From Octopus sinensis (taxonomy: Eukaryota): 64,000 nucleotides of DNA. Location of the stretch: positions 91,078,001 to 91,142,000 of the forward strand of contig NC_043001.1 in NCBI RefSeq assembly GCF_006345805.1. The letters are read 5' to 3'. The position numbers and the translations under genes are program-made. The notes below the pieces were generated by a model, which was not told the DNA's origin, did no database searches, and saw only the letters and a program-made list of their open reading frames with translations. Below, in pieces: positions 26,894 to 39,226 of the stretch (position 1 is its first letter; each line of letters opens with the position of its first letter).

Positions 26894-27219
26894 AAGTAAA
26901 TGTAGGGATAAGCAAATTAGACATCAATATATATAAGTATACATATAAAAAGATTGAATTTACACAGAGTATAAATGATATAGAGAATTAAAGGGGCGGA
27001 GGAAAAGTATTACAAATCCAACAACTGGACCACCAAGCCCCCAGAAACAGCTGTTGGATTTGTAATACTTTTCCTCCATCCCTTTATTTCTCTATATCAT
27101 TTGTACTCTGTGTAAGTTGGACCTTTTTATATGTATACATATATACATATTTTGTATTTCATGTATTTAATATATTTTATAAATTGATCTGTCTAATTTG
27201 CTTATCCCTACATTTACTT
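26894..27219. repeat. Long imperfect hairpin with about 20-nt loop, adjacent to (TA)n
   Basis: aagtaaatgtagggataagcaaattagaca...ggaaaagtattacaaatccaaca pairs with tgttggatttgtaatacttttcc...tgtctaatttgcttatccctacatttactt. Confidence 0.75.
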
Positions 27220-27556
27220 CTATACCCACATATATATTTGAGTTCAATTTGTTTTGCTCTTCTTTTCCAAATGGTGTTGTTAAAAGTAATTAATATAGTT
27301 TGATGTCTCCTCTATCTGAGTTAAAAACCTGAAGAACATCATGTGACTTCTCTGATTTCCTTCCTTTTTTGTTTTTCATTAGAATATGCAACCTTTATCT
27401 TCATCATTGCCAGATTTAAGATTCTTTTCCAAAACATGGAAGATATTTCTGAAGAAACTTTAGATAAGGTAAAAAACAAGGCACTACTTGGAACAAACAA
27501 GAATTTATACTAATAAGAAAAAATTTTATACACATGAATTTCATGGTTCAGGCATG

Positions 27557-27727
27557 TCAAGATTCAGTAGGTTCGTTCTGTGATTGGTTTGGAGATATTC
27601 CTGCTGTGATAGGAGAGAGCGCTCCACCAGTCTGTTCTTGTCTGGATTTCTGATGTTCCATAAAGACTTTCATTAAGCGTTGGTTAAATGCAACATAGCG
27701 GTCAGTGCAGGATTCTAAACAGCTAGC
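27557..27727 (-). CDS. TIMM10B: TIMM10B-like exon 3 (second CX3C, stop)
   Basis: ttttttgtAG acceptor. Reads ASCLESCTDRYVAFNQRLMKVFMEHQKSRQEQTGGALSPITAGISPNQSQNEPTES*. Twin CX3C, 102 aa total. DFLL.YN and NxRL favour Tim10B over Tim9, but paralog assignment needs a tree. Confidence 0.85.
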   Translation of the reverse strand, partial: ASCLESCTDRYVAFNQRLMKVFMEHQKSRQEQTGGALSPITAGISPNQSQNEPTES

Positions 27728-27825
27728 CTACAAAAAATTAGAAGTATATAAAAATTTACTCACAGCTGACAAACTATTCAGTTAACATTTTGAAGTATTT
27801 TACAGAACTGTTTAAATATCTAGAA

Positions 27826-28118
27826 CAGTGGTTCCCCAACTTTTTTGGGCTGCCACCCCCTTGACATCCAGGCCACATTCCAGTCTCCACCCCAATTAAC
27901 CATCAAAACATAGACCTCTTTCTGAAGCAAACTCAAAATAACTGTATTTCACAAATTAAGCTTAACCTAATGAACCCATTATTTTGTTGTTTTTACATGA
28001 ATCGCCACCCAATTTGTACATGAATTGCTACCCCATTATCGTCCCACTTTTCTTCAACACCTCCCTGGAACTTCCATCTCCTCCAGAGGGGCAATACGGC
28101 TCACTTTGGGAACCACTG
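27826..28118. mobile_element. hAT (Charlie-type) MITE in TIMM10B intron 2
   Basis: TIRs CAGTGGTTCCC / GGGAACCACTG with a perfect 8-bp TSD ATCTAGAA (27818-27825 and 28119-28126). Confidence 0.9.
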
Positions 28119-28471
28119 ATCTAGAATATGTTTTATAGTTGCTGATACAAAATATAATTAGGGAAGGGAGGCCACTAGCTCTTTTTCTGTTCATAGTTGC
28201 AAGGCTTAGCTTTGAATTGCTAAACTGTATTTCTAGTCAACATTGCAGTCAATCCAGATCTCTAATTTTCATATGTGTTCTCATTTAAGTAAACTATTGT
28301 ATTGAAGAATTTATAACAGAATCTGTGATGTGGTATCAGTTATTATGACATTAAACTTTATACATGAATGATACACTTTAACAAAAACTGTAAGTGATTA
28401 ATCAGGCTTAAACATAAACTAATCAAATGACTCAACATAGAGCAATTTCAGCAAAAGTAAATATTAGAATG

Positions 28472-28774
28472 TGGAGGCACATGGCCTAGTGGTTAGAGCA
28501 GCGGACTCGTGGTTGAAGGATCGTGAGTTCGAATCTCAGACCGGGCGATGTGTGTGTTTATGAACGAAACACCCAAGCTCCACGTGGCTCTGGTAGAAGA
28601 CAATGGCGAATTTCTGCTGACTCTTTCACCACAACTTTCTCTCACTCTTTCCTCCTGCATCTTGCAGCTCACCTTCAATGGACCAGCGTCCCGTCCAGGT
28701 GGGGAACCTATATGCCAAGGAAACCGGGAAACCGGCCCTATGTACCAGGTGTGGCTTGAGAAGGAACAAACAAC
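28472..28774 (+). mobile_element. tRNA-derived SINE in TIMM10B intron 2
   Basis: A/B boxes; 13-bp TSD aaatattagaatg. Confidence 0.88.
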
Positions 28775-29490
28775 AAATATTAGAATGGAGTTGAGTTATG
28801 AACTGGTAATGCATAATCTATATAAGTATATCAATGAGAAAGATAGTGGAGAGTGGATAGTTAATAGAAGCAAATAAGGATTAAATAAACCCAAGAAGAC
28901 ACGGAGAATATAGAGAATTAGGTGAAGATTTGGTGTTCTTTAGATTTGCTCTTATTCTTTTACTTGTTTCAGTCATTTGACTGCTACACTGCCTTTAGTT
29001 GAACAAATTAACCCCAGGACTTATTGATTGTAAGCCTTAGTACTTATTCTATCGGTCTCTTTTGCCGAACCGCTAAGTTACGGGGACGTAAACACACCAG
29101 CATCAGTTGTCAAGCAATGGTGGGAGGACACACACTTACACACACATATATATATATATATATATACAATGGGCTTCTTTCAGTTTCTGTTTACCAAATC
29201 CACTCAAAGGCTTTAGTAGAAGACACTTGCCCAAGGTGCCACACAGTGGGACTGAACCCGGAACGATGTGGTTGGTAAGTAAGCTACTTACCAAACAGCC
29301 ACTCCTGTGCCTTATGTATACCCACATGAAAAAAATGAAGGCTAAATAAGTGGGTTGAAATTATATATGACATAAAGACATGAAAAACTAAGGCTAAATG
29401 GGTTGAAATTGTATATGAAGTAACAATTGATTTTATCAATTCCACTTCAAATTTCTCCATACAAAGTAAAAAAAAAAAAAAAATTCTTAC

Positions 29491-29586
29491 CTCAAAATGT
29501 TCGATTTTGTTCTCAAAAAATATTGACACACAATTCTGAAAACATTGCTCAGTGAGTTTGTTATACAGTAACAAGAAATCCTTTAC
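29491..29586 (-). CDS. TIMM10B: TIMM10B-like exon 2 (first CX3C)
   Basis: ttttaaAG acceptor, GTaaga donor, 32 codons: VKDFLLLYNKLTEQCFQNCVSIFFENKIEHFE. Confidence 0.88.
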
Positions 29587-29822
29587 CTTTAAAATATATA
29601 AAATAATATAGAAAAATATATAATGAATAAATACACTGGAAAGTTTAAGCAATAATTATTTTTTAAAACCTCAGTAACAATAAAGTGTTAATAGTAAATA
29701 ATAACTCAATCTATTGCATAGATGGGTTTGACAGACACAGGAACACTGGATGACAACAATGGTACAGTATTGAATTGAATGTCTAGTGTTAAGACCAACT
29801 ATAGTTAGTCTTAACACTAGAC

Positions 29823-30843
29823 ATTTGGAAGCATTGAAATTTTGAGCTCATGATCTTTTAAAGATTGATTTTCAACAACTGTTTTGCTGAGGCATATTTG
29901 ATTTAAAATTTCAAAAATTATATATGTAATTAAACAGAGTTCATTTCTCTAAAATATTAAGTTAGAAGAGTAATCTACATTTTGATGCTAGTATGTTTAT
30001 GTCCCTGTAACTTAGCGGTTTGGCAAAAGAAACTGATAGAATAAGTACTAGGCTCACAAAGAATAAGTCCTGGGGTCAATTTGTTCAACTAAAGGCAGTG
30101 CAGCAGTCAAATGACTGAAACAAGTAAAAGAATAGTGTTAAGACCAACTATAGTGGATTAGACTTGTATTTATATTTACTTGCAGCAATATGAATGAGAG
30201 AATGTATACTACTTAAGCAAGAACCAAGACAAAGGAACAAAAAAAAAAAAAAGAAAACAATTTATATTATATCCTTCTTGCTATTTGTTTCTATATTCTT
30301 TTTGAAAAGAACTGTTCTTACCTACTCCAGACAGAGCAATACAATTGTGGGAAACAATGTGTTTATTCTTTGACTAACAATAATAATGGTTACTAATTTT
30401 AGAACAAGACTACATATTTGTAAGGGAGGTTGGACCATAATATTTAACCAACTTACAAAGGATGAAAGGCAAACTTGAATCTAGTAGGATTTTAACTCAA
30501 CAAAAATGGATGTAATGAAATACTCTATAACTGGCAATATAACTATATCTGTCATGCTTTACCATACACATATTGACAACAATGATAAAAAAGCAGGTGC
30601 TGTTTTCTTATATCTGTGAGTTACAAGTAGTGGGAGTATTAATTTGCATAAACTTGATAAACAGCTATTACCATAGAATTTGAAAATGTAGAATACTCCT
30701 CTAACTTAATATTTTAGAGAAATGAACTCTGTTTAATAACATATATAATTTTTGAAATTTTAAATCAAATATGCCTCAGCAAAAGAGTTGTTGGAAATCA
30801 ATCCTTAAAAGGTTATGAGCTCAAAATTTCAATGCTTCCAAAT
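29823..30843. repeat. About 160-bp inverted repeat pair (29823-29983 and 30685-30843) in TIMM10B intron 1
   Basis: atttggaagcattgaaattttgagctcat... is the reverse complement of ...atgagctcaaaatttcaatgcttccaaat. Confidence 0.75.
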
Positions 30844-31149
30844 TCTATTAGCTGTGGTTACATAAAGGATACATTGGATATTTGGGAACACAACTGTAGA
30901 GGATCGTAAATGGAAGTTAACCAATTGTAATGTTAGGTGTTAGGTGCCAAAACTAACTTTCTTATTTCTCTTTCAGATATATCAACAGCATCAAGATGGT
31001 ACATTTCAGTCAGACACTGGAATCGAAGCAGTGCTATGCTTGTAGCTCTATCTTTTGCCTACAACAACTCAGAGATTTCTAGTTTCTTGAAGGATAGGGT
31101 CCTTCATGTTCAGTGTTAGAAAAGAGCTGGAGGAGGTGTGGCATCTTTA

Positions 31150-31890
31150 GTCAAAAGAAGAAATGTTTTCAGGATGGCTGAGTTTGTTTAGCAGAACCAG
31201 ATCATCATCTTTTAATGACAACCCAAATAGTCTGATGAAGGTCAGCATAAGAGCACCAACTACAAGTTCTGCATAATGAGGTGAAGGCAGTTAATGTGTG
31301 GTCTGGCCAAGCTTAAGAACCCTGAGAAATGTTACACTAGTTTTTTTTCTGATGAAAAGAACTTGACCAGGACTAGAAAATAGTGAAGGGAGTTTCTGTG
31401 TGAACCACACACAAGTACCTACAGTGATACCTATCAAGTCCCTGTCATCTCTGATGGGGTTGTGAGCCACAAGGGCTATATCATGCCGCCACATTTCTTC
31501 TTGATAAGTTTTAGGGCCAATGCCATCATCTACACTGACAAACTTGGTATGATGGTCAAAGCCCCAGATTGATAGAATCACCCTGGGGAAAGACATGTAT
31601 GATCCAATGGCACTTTATTTCTTCCACTACACTTGCAGTCCAACTTTCCAAGGTCATGTAACCCCTAATATGTGGCTCCTAGCTCACCTGATTTGAACTC
31701 CACCACCATTGCACTGCAGCATCTGAGGCCTAGTCAGTTAGCTGCCCGTGGTATCAAAAATTCAGCAAAGGTTGCCGTTAAGAGGTGTGGCAGTTGACAT
31801 GGCTAGAAAGGGGATCTGATCCTTGCATACTGTTACTTTCCTAGTCACCTTGATGCCAACAGGGCTGATGGTTGATTTTGTTGAATAGCA
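31150..31890 (+). mobile_element. Highly decayed maT-like transposase remnant in TIMM10B intron 1
   Basis: PNMW..SSPDLN-like segment at about 31665-31700 and a gattttgttgaatag end resembling the element at 35113. Confidence 0.45.
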
Positions 31891-32814
31891 TATATCTTTG
31901 ATGTTTCTAGCTAAATGCACGTGTTGATTTCTGGGAGTGTGTTGTATTTATCTGTATATCGTCTTTGTTTTTCATTGTTTCGTTTAGTTTTCGATTACCT
32001 TGTACATCCTGCATTTTTAATTTCAAAACTATATGAAAGGGCAGAGAGAGAGAGAGAGAGAGATCAAAATGAAACAACACGGTTGAGGTGAGTTTCCCAT
32101 TATAAATCAAAGATTAAATTTGCGGCTACAAGAACAACTTGGTGGAAATTTTAAATTCTTATCGACGATAGTTCATTCATTTAATATCTTTTAAATTAAA
32201 TATTGATTTCTTATTTTAGATTAAGCAATATAGTTGATAGCAGTGCTGTCTGGTACTTATTTTATCATCCCTAGGGGCGAGGTCGACTTTAATGTAAACG
32301 GATATAAATATTCAAGAATACCCTACCCTACATACATACATTGTTTTTGTTTCCATTAAGTACTGGAACGATCAAATTATATAAAACAAGGGTCTGTGGA
32401 ACCGGTGGTGTTGTCTGACCTTTTATTACGCATGTAATACAAGTAATTAGCTGATGTCTATCAATTTTAAGTATACCTAATGAAAAAATTGAATTTTAAT
32501 CTGAATTCATTAACAAATTGAATTTAACCTGTTAAATTAGTGTCCATCGGAAAATGAATAATCTACAATATGAATATTTTATGCTAATAATAATTGTTTT
32601 TCTCAACGATTCTCCTTTTTTCAACCAAAATATCTTAAGTAACATTTTAAGAATAGTGCTTGCGCACGACGGATTGGGAATATTCGGAGACTTTCAACAA
32701 ACATTAGGTTATAAAATACAAACAATCGATAGTCTAAGATAACTGTAATGAGGACTTTTCTTTTGGATACCGAAAACAAATTGATATGTTAATAATTAAT
32801 GCACAGGAACTCAC

Positions 32815-32856
32815 ATTACGTTGTTGAGTCTCATCAGATAAATTAGTTGCCGACAT
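32815..32856 (-). CDS. TIMM10B: Small Tim chaperone (TIMM10B/Tim9b-like), exon 1
   Basis: ATG at 32856, reads MSATNLSDETQQRN, then GTgagt donor, phase 0. Joins in frame to exon 2 to give QQRN-VKDFLL (compare human QLRN-LRDFLL). Confidence 0.75.
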
Positions 32857-33406
32857 ATTTCTTTTCTTGTAGAAACGTGACCTCTAGCACCTAGAGTTAT
32901 CTGCCCTTACAATCTTATTTTACTTCTGGTTATTGAAATCTTCCTCGAAATTTAAAGTTAGGTTTTATTTTGAACATAGTAGAGACTGGGGAATAACAAA
33001 ATTGCTTTTAATTTAAGATCAAGGGCTACAGATTAATCGATAGCATTGTCGCAAGTATTAAACTGGCTCTTTGTTTCATCGACCCCAGTAGAGTTAAAGG
33101 CAAAATTGACCTCGGCGGGATTTGAACCCAGAATTTAACGAACTGGAAGAAATGCTGCCAAGAATTTCCCCTACTTACGCTTTAACGATTTTGGCAGCTC
33201 GTCACCCTGAGGGAATTACTAAATTACACGTTGTTAATTCTCATATGGTTCACTATTTGTAATAGATGTTAACTATTTGTAATAGTTCTGTGAAAATCAG
33301 ACACCAATCATCCGTTCATAGATTTTTATTCAGACAAAATAATGCAGATCAATAACATATCGACTATACTTCTTGATTTGCCATTACACAGCTTCTCACA
33401 GTAACT

Positions 33407-33790
33407 GGGGAAGCACTCCGTCGGTTACGACGACGAGGGTTCCGGTTGATCCGATCAACGGAACAGCCTGCTCGTGAAATTAACGTGTAAGTGGCTGAGC
33501 ACTCCACAGACACGTGTACCCTTAACGTAGTTCTCGGGGATATTCAGCGTGACACAGAGAGTGACAAGGCCGGCCCTTTGAAATACAGGTACAACAGAAA
33601 CAGGAAGTAAGAGTGAGATAAAGTTGTGGTGAAAGAGTATAGCAGGGATCACCACCATCCCTGCCGGAGCCTCGTGGAGCTTTAGGTGTTTTCGCTCAAT
33701 AAACACTCACAACGCCCGGTCTGGGAATCGAAACCGCGATCCTACGACCGCGAGTCCGCTGCCCTAACCACTGGGCCATTACGCCTCCAC
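33407..33790 (-). mobile_element. Young tRNA-derived SINE
   Basis: CpG-rich, intact A/B boxes, TSD tcacagtaact; older copy at 50843-51221. Confidence 0.88.
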
Positions 33791-35112
33791 TTCACAGTAA
33801 CTAACTACCTAAACAAAAATTTATATACTGGGATCCGAACGTGGTCGATGCCAATGTCACCTGTCTGGCTTCCGTGCCTGTGGCACATAAAAAGCACCTA
33901 CTATACTCTCGGGGTGGTTGGTGTCAGGAAGGGCATCAAGCTGTAGAAACCTTGCCAGCTCAGATTGGAGCCTAGTGCAGCCTACTGGCTTGACAGTCCG
34001 CAGTCAAACTGTTCAACCCATGCCAGTATGGAAAACGGACGTTAAACGATGGTGATGATGATGATGGATAAGGTTTCCACTGGCAACACATCAATAAATT
34101 ATATGTAGCCTACAGAACATCCTTTCAAATGAGAGCAAAAAGACTTCATCTATCATACTTAATTTGATGACAAACAAGCGGGAAGAAACTCCTATGTCAC
34201 TAGGATGGATTGATAGGATTTATGTCTATAATAAATCTGAATGTGATAATTCTTATTGTATGTCTCTTAGAGGTCATTGGTAAAGTTTTATCGTGACCAC
34301 TGGTGAATTTGATTAATGAATGACATCAGCTTCAACTGAAACAAAATCTGGTTTTTGTTCAGGAAGAAGCACTAAGAACATGGTCCCTGTGAGACCACTT
34401 CAAGAAAAAGTATTGAGCAGCTGGTGCCTCTGCATCAAATCTGTGTTCACATAGCAAAGACCTTTGACATCATTTGCAAAGAAAACTTGTAGAAACTGGA
34501 TTGTTGGCCAGAATTTTTGGATATCATCATATGAGGGCTTGGGTCATCTTCAAGGAACAAAATTCTGAAGAAATTGTTATATGTAATGGATTTAAACAGG
34601 TTGAAATGCCAGTTTTGTGTCCGTCTTCTGTGTACTTTGCCATACTTCTTAATTATGCTGCTTAATTATGATATTAGTACTTCCCTGAGATTCAGAAAAC
34701 AGAAAACTCTTTGACCTGAGAAGATTCTACAATAATTCTAAGTAATTCAAAATTGTGATTTATAAATTGTTTTGTGCAAATGATGGTGATTTTAACACTC
34801 ATATTAAAAATAACTTATATAATTTATAATGGGTGCATATATTCATACATGCACACACAACACATACTATAAATGTATATATATATATATATATATATAT
34901 ACATGCACACAGAACACAAACACACTTACATAAAAACACATACACACATACATACATGACAGGTTTCTTTCAGTTTCTGTCAACCAATCTATATATTGTG
35001 TGGAACCTTAGGCAAGTATCTTCAATACAGCCTCAGGCAAACCAAATCCCTATGAGTGGATTTGGTAGATGGAAACTGAAAGAAGCCAGTTGTACATATA
35101 TATATATATATA

Positions 35113-35967
35113 CAGGGTGCAATGGGTAAATTGTCACCATTTTATATTTTCAATTTTGCACATTCGCATTGTTTATTTTTGATTTTGCCAACTACAGAGT
35201 ATGGTAGGGTCAGTTGGGCACCATCTGTAGGAAAAACAGCACCATGACACAATTTGCTTTGCCAGAAATTTGGAAATGACATGCTGTACTGCTTGGCATT
35301 TGTGCCAGAAGCTCCAATGCAAATAATTCAGAGTGTTTGGGTTTCAGTCTCAGGACAGTGCAATCTGAGAACATGTACTGAGAGTGATAAAAATCAAACA
35401 TCCAGTCAACATCATGGTGTTTAGAGTGATCACTGTTGATGGCAATGTTTTACCACCAAACTCAACATAGAGGTCTACATCAAGTGCCTGGAGGAGGTAG
35501 TTCTGTCCTGGTTCAAGAGGGTGGCTGCTGGAAGACCCTATGTCTAGCAATGGGACTCCGCACCAGTAGGACAACTCAGTCATAGCTGTCAGACAATTTC
35601 TGCAATCACATTACCCTTAGCATCTGGCCACCTAACTCTCCAGACTGCAACCCCCTTGATTATTATGTGTGGGGAGCAGTTGAGTGAGAGATCAACAAAA
35701 ATCCTCATAACACCAAAGATGAACTAAAGGTAAGGATTATGGCAGCATTCACCAACTTAAGCAAGGAGACCATACAGAAGAGTTGCAAGGAATTTTGAAG
35801 TCGTCTGGCGGCCGTGGTTGAAACCAATGGTGATTTTATTGAATAAATTTACTCTTTAGTATTTCAAGATATTTTTATGTAATTTTGGTAAATATATCTA
35901 TTAAAATGAGATGTCAATGTTATTTTCATTTTTGCATAATTTACACAACAGTTTATTCACCACACCC

Positions 35968-35969
<2 letters not shown>
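35113..35969 (+). mobile_element. Internally deleted Tc1/mariner (maT/D,D37D-like) element
   Basis: CAGGGTG...CACCCTG termini within microsatellites; remnant WPPNSPDCNPLDYYVWGAVE...SRLAAVVETNGDFIE*. Confidence 0.8.
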
Positions 35970-36024
<55 letters not shown>

Positions 36025-37383
36025 TGTATATATAATATATATGTATATATACATGCATATATGGGTACAGGACATCAAAAAACGTTGAACACAATAAGAA
36101 ACGAAAACATAAAAGCAAAAATATAGAAAGGAACGTTTTTTCGAACAATGAAAAAAACAGAGAAACGAGACATACAACATAAAGAATATTCCCCTTCTTC
36201 AGTGGTCCCTGTTTCATCTACTCAGCATTTCTTAGGCAAGGACAAGACGCGACTTCGTTGAAACAGTCCTTCCCGCAAAGCAAATTAAATAAAATTTGGG
36301 AATTTTTGCGGAAGGTGAAAGAGGTAACAAGAACAGGACAGTGAGAACAAAACAGCAAAAACAAACGGTGAGGGCTGTTAAGCCAAGACGATAGAAAAAT
36401 TATTATGAGCGCTAGGAAGACGAGCTTATGAAGGAGACAGTATAAGCACATTTTCTCTCCCACCCTTCCCTATTCTTCTCCTTTTCTCTTCATTGTTCCC
36501 TCTCTCTCACTCCTCCTCCTTGACTCTCTCGTTGCTGACGCATGATGAAAGAGAATCTATCTTTCTGCCCACTACCTTCGTAAAGACAAAAAAACCCCCA
36601 TTATTTATGGGATGACCCAACACACACACACACACACATTCTTTTATTCTTCTACTTGTTTCAGTCATTTGACTGCGGCCATGCTGGAGCACTGCCTTGA
36701 AGGATTTTAGTTGAACAAATTGACCCCAGGACTTACATTTTTAAGCTTAGTACTTATTGTATTGGTCTTATTTGCTGAACTGTTAAGTTACAGGGACATA
36801 AAGACACCAACACTTGTTTTCAAGCAGTGATGGGATGACAAACACAGACACAAAAAGATATATACATGTATAAATATATATATGGTGGTTTCTTTTAGTT
36901 TCCATCTACCAAATCCATTCACAAGGCAGTCCAAGGCTATAGTAGAAGACACTTGCCCAAGGTGCTACACAGTGGAACTGAACTCAGAACCAAGCTTCTT
37001 ATCACACAACCGCACACGCATTTATATCATGCAGTCTCCTGTAGTTAGATGATTTACGAGGGTCCTGCAATTTTTTGCTGAACAATTATACAGATAATTT
37101 GTTTATAGTAATTAAATGCTTGTGTTCACATAAGCTCACTCCATCAAATTGAGATTACCTGTACAGGTGCATGACATGCCAAGTGTCAGATGACAAAATG
37201 ATAGCAGAGCAATGTGAAATGAAGTATTTTGCTCAAGAACACAACACCTGGTCTGGGAGTTGAAACCATGATCTCACAACTATGAGTGCAACACCCTAGC
37301 CACTAAGCCTTCATATCTATTTATCTATCAGTATATCTACACACACACATACTAACATGTATGTCTATGCATATATAGATATA

Positions 37384-37443
<60 letters not shown>

Positions 37444-39139
37444 TTATATGTGTATATAATGAAATTTATTTGAAAGCTATTATAATAAATGCATAATTCT
37501 GTCTGGGATCTCTGTATCTCAGTCTACATTTGCTTTACATAGACATATAACTTTGGGAATCAGGATGATACCGGGATTGAAAATCTGCTCTCCATTTGGT
37601 TCTCGAACATCCAGCATTGTGATCTGATTTAAAACCATTTGGGTTGCTATTTCTAGCAAGTAAAGCTCAGTTGATTCACGCGCCATCTTGGGGTAGATAA
37701 ATGACATTTGCTTCGTTAATCTTAAGTCTAGATAAGAACTGTGGGACAAATTGCCCAACAGTTTGGAATTCAACTTCGGACTGGAACAACAGAATTATTG
37801 CATTACAGAATTAATTCTCACCCCTTCGTTAACCGCTGATCAAACACCACTGGGGCATATAACCATTATAGACCTATTACAGTCATGCTGTTTAGCTCTC
37901 TTTAATTTTGGGCTGCAAGTCCAATTAGCCCTGTGTAGGAGCTAGCTTTAAAGTCCACACGGAGTGCAAGCCTTTAACCTAGTATATAATAATTTATATA
38001 TCATCATTATCATCATTCAACGTCCACGTTCCATGTTTGCATAAGTTAGACAAAAGTTGTTGAAGCAGATTTTCTAGTCAGATGCCCTTTCAATTATTTC
38101 CAAGTCAGGTAATATTTCCCTCAAAGCCAGACATGTTTTTACGGAAGACTGAAAACGAACAACATCGCTCATTTGAAGGTGGTGCTCGTTTTCAACCACG
38201 ATGTCAAGACAAGGATACGCACACATACAACATATATATCGATCTGTCTATACTTGTGTGTATACACGTTTATATACGCACGCACGACGGGCTCTTTTCG
38301 GTTTCTGACTACCAAATTCACTTTCAAAGCTTTGGTCAACTGAAGAAGAAAACAATTTGCCGTATAGTGGGACTGAGCCCGAGACCATTAAATTGGGAAG
38401 CAAGCTTCTTAACCATACAACCACGTCTGCGCCTATATATTCCAGCTTGTCAACGTAACACATACCCTCTTCCCCACCTCTCTCTACATATATATATATA
38501 TATGTATATATGCGCGAGCGCGCGTGTATATATATATATATACACACACAGAAGATGTACACACATATACAGAGTTTCAATTGTATAAAACCTCCTTTCG
38601 GAAAGACAGTCCAAACTAATCTGCTCACATCCGCTTTATCTCGGTACGGTTCGGCAATGTTCGTCTCTGTCATCTCTACTTTTTATCTATTTATTTTTAC
38701 CTCCACGTCATCCAACTCTGCCTTGTCCCAGTGTGTTCGGATATTACTATACACGGAGAGAGAGAGAGAAAATAATGGAACGTGAAAGAGGGAGGAAGAG
38801 TAATAGTAAGTGAAAAAGAGAGAGAGGGGCTGTTATATATATATATATATATATATATATAGATAGATAGATAGATAGATAGAGAGAGAGACGAGGCGTG
38901 AGGTAGAGATAGAGAGAGGAATTCAGAGAAGGGTTATTTTAGGTAGAGATATAGAGGATGACAAACTGAAAGAGGAGGCAGTAACGTAGTAATAGAGAGA
39001 ATGAAAAGAGAGAGACAGAGAGGGTGAGAAAGAGAAAGAAGGGAGTAAGGTAGAGAGATAGAGGATGAGAAAGAGAGAAAGAGTTTGATAAGCAGAAGGA
39101 GGAAAGGTAGGTAAGCTGACCTTCGCAAGTCAAGTTAAG

Positions 39140-39226
39140 ATCGAGGCTGCAGTGACGTCACGAGATTCTACCAGACGACGACGTACAGACAGACGTTGGA
39201 TGTGGACGTTCAACTCTCAGGTGAGA
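39140..39226 (+). promoter_or_regulatory. Probable promoter and short non-coding first exon of an unidentified gene
   Basis: Perfect GTGACGTCAC palindrome at 39152-39161, CpG-rich patch after a GA-rich tract, strong CAG|GTGAGA donor at 39220/39221. Confidence 0.45.

Noticed and set aside
33700-33790. tRNA gene (also heads at 5665, 10455, 19320, 24003, 28472, 56781)
   Set aside because: tRNA-like heads continue into shared SINE bodies, several with TSDs; no oligo-T terminator or clean acceptor stem.
36060-36480. Hammerhead in the (TA)n-adjacent repeat (CTGAAGA on - near 36196-36202)
   Set aside because: Could not find a pairing stem II followed by GAAA and NUH in the right order.
37519-37773. 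Gene start at YY1-like CAAGATGGCG (37681-37690, -)
   Set aside because: No convincing splice donor or recognisable peptide; it runs into repeat-like sequence.
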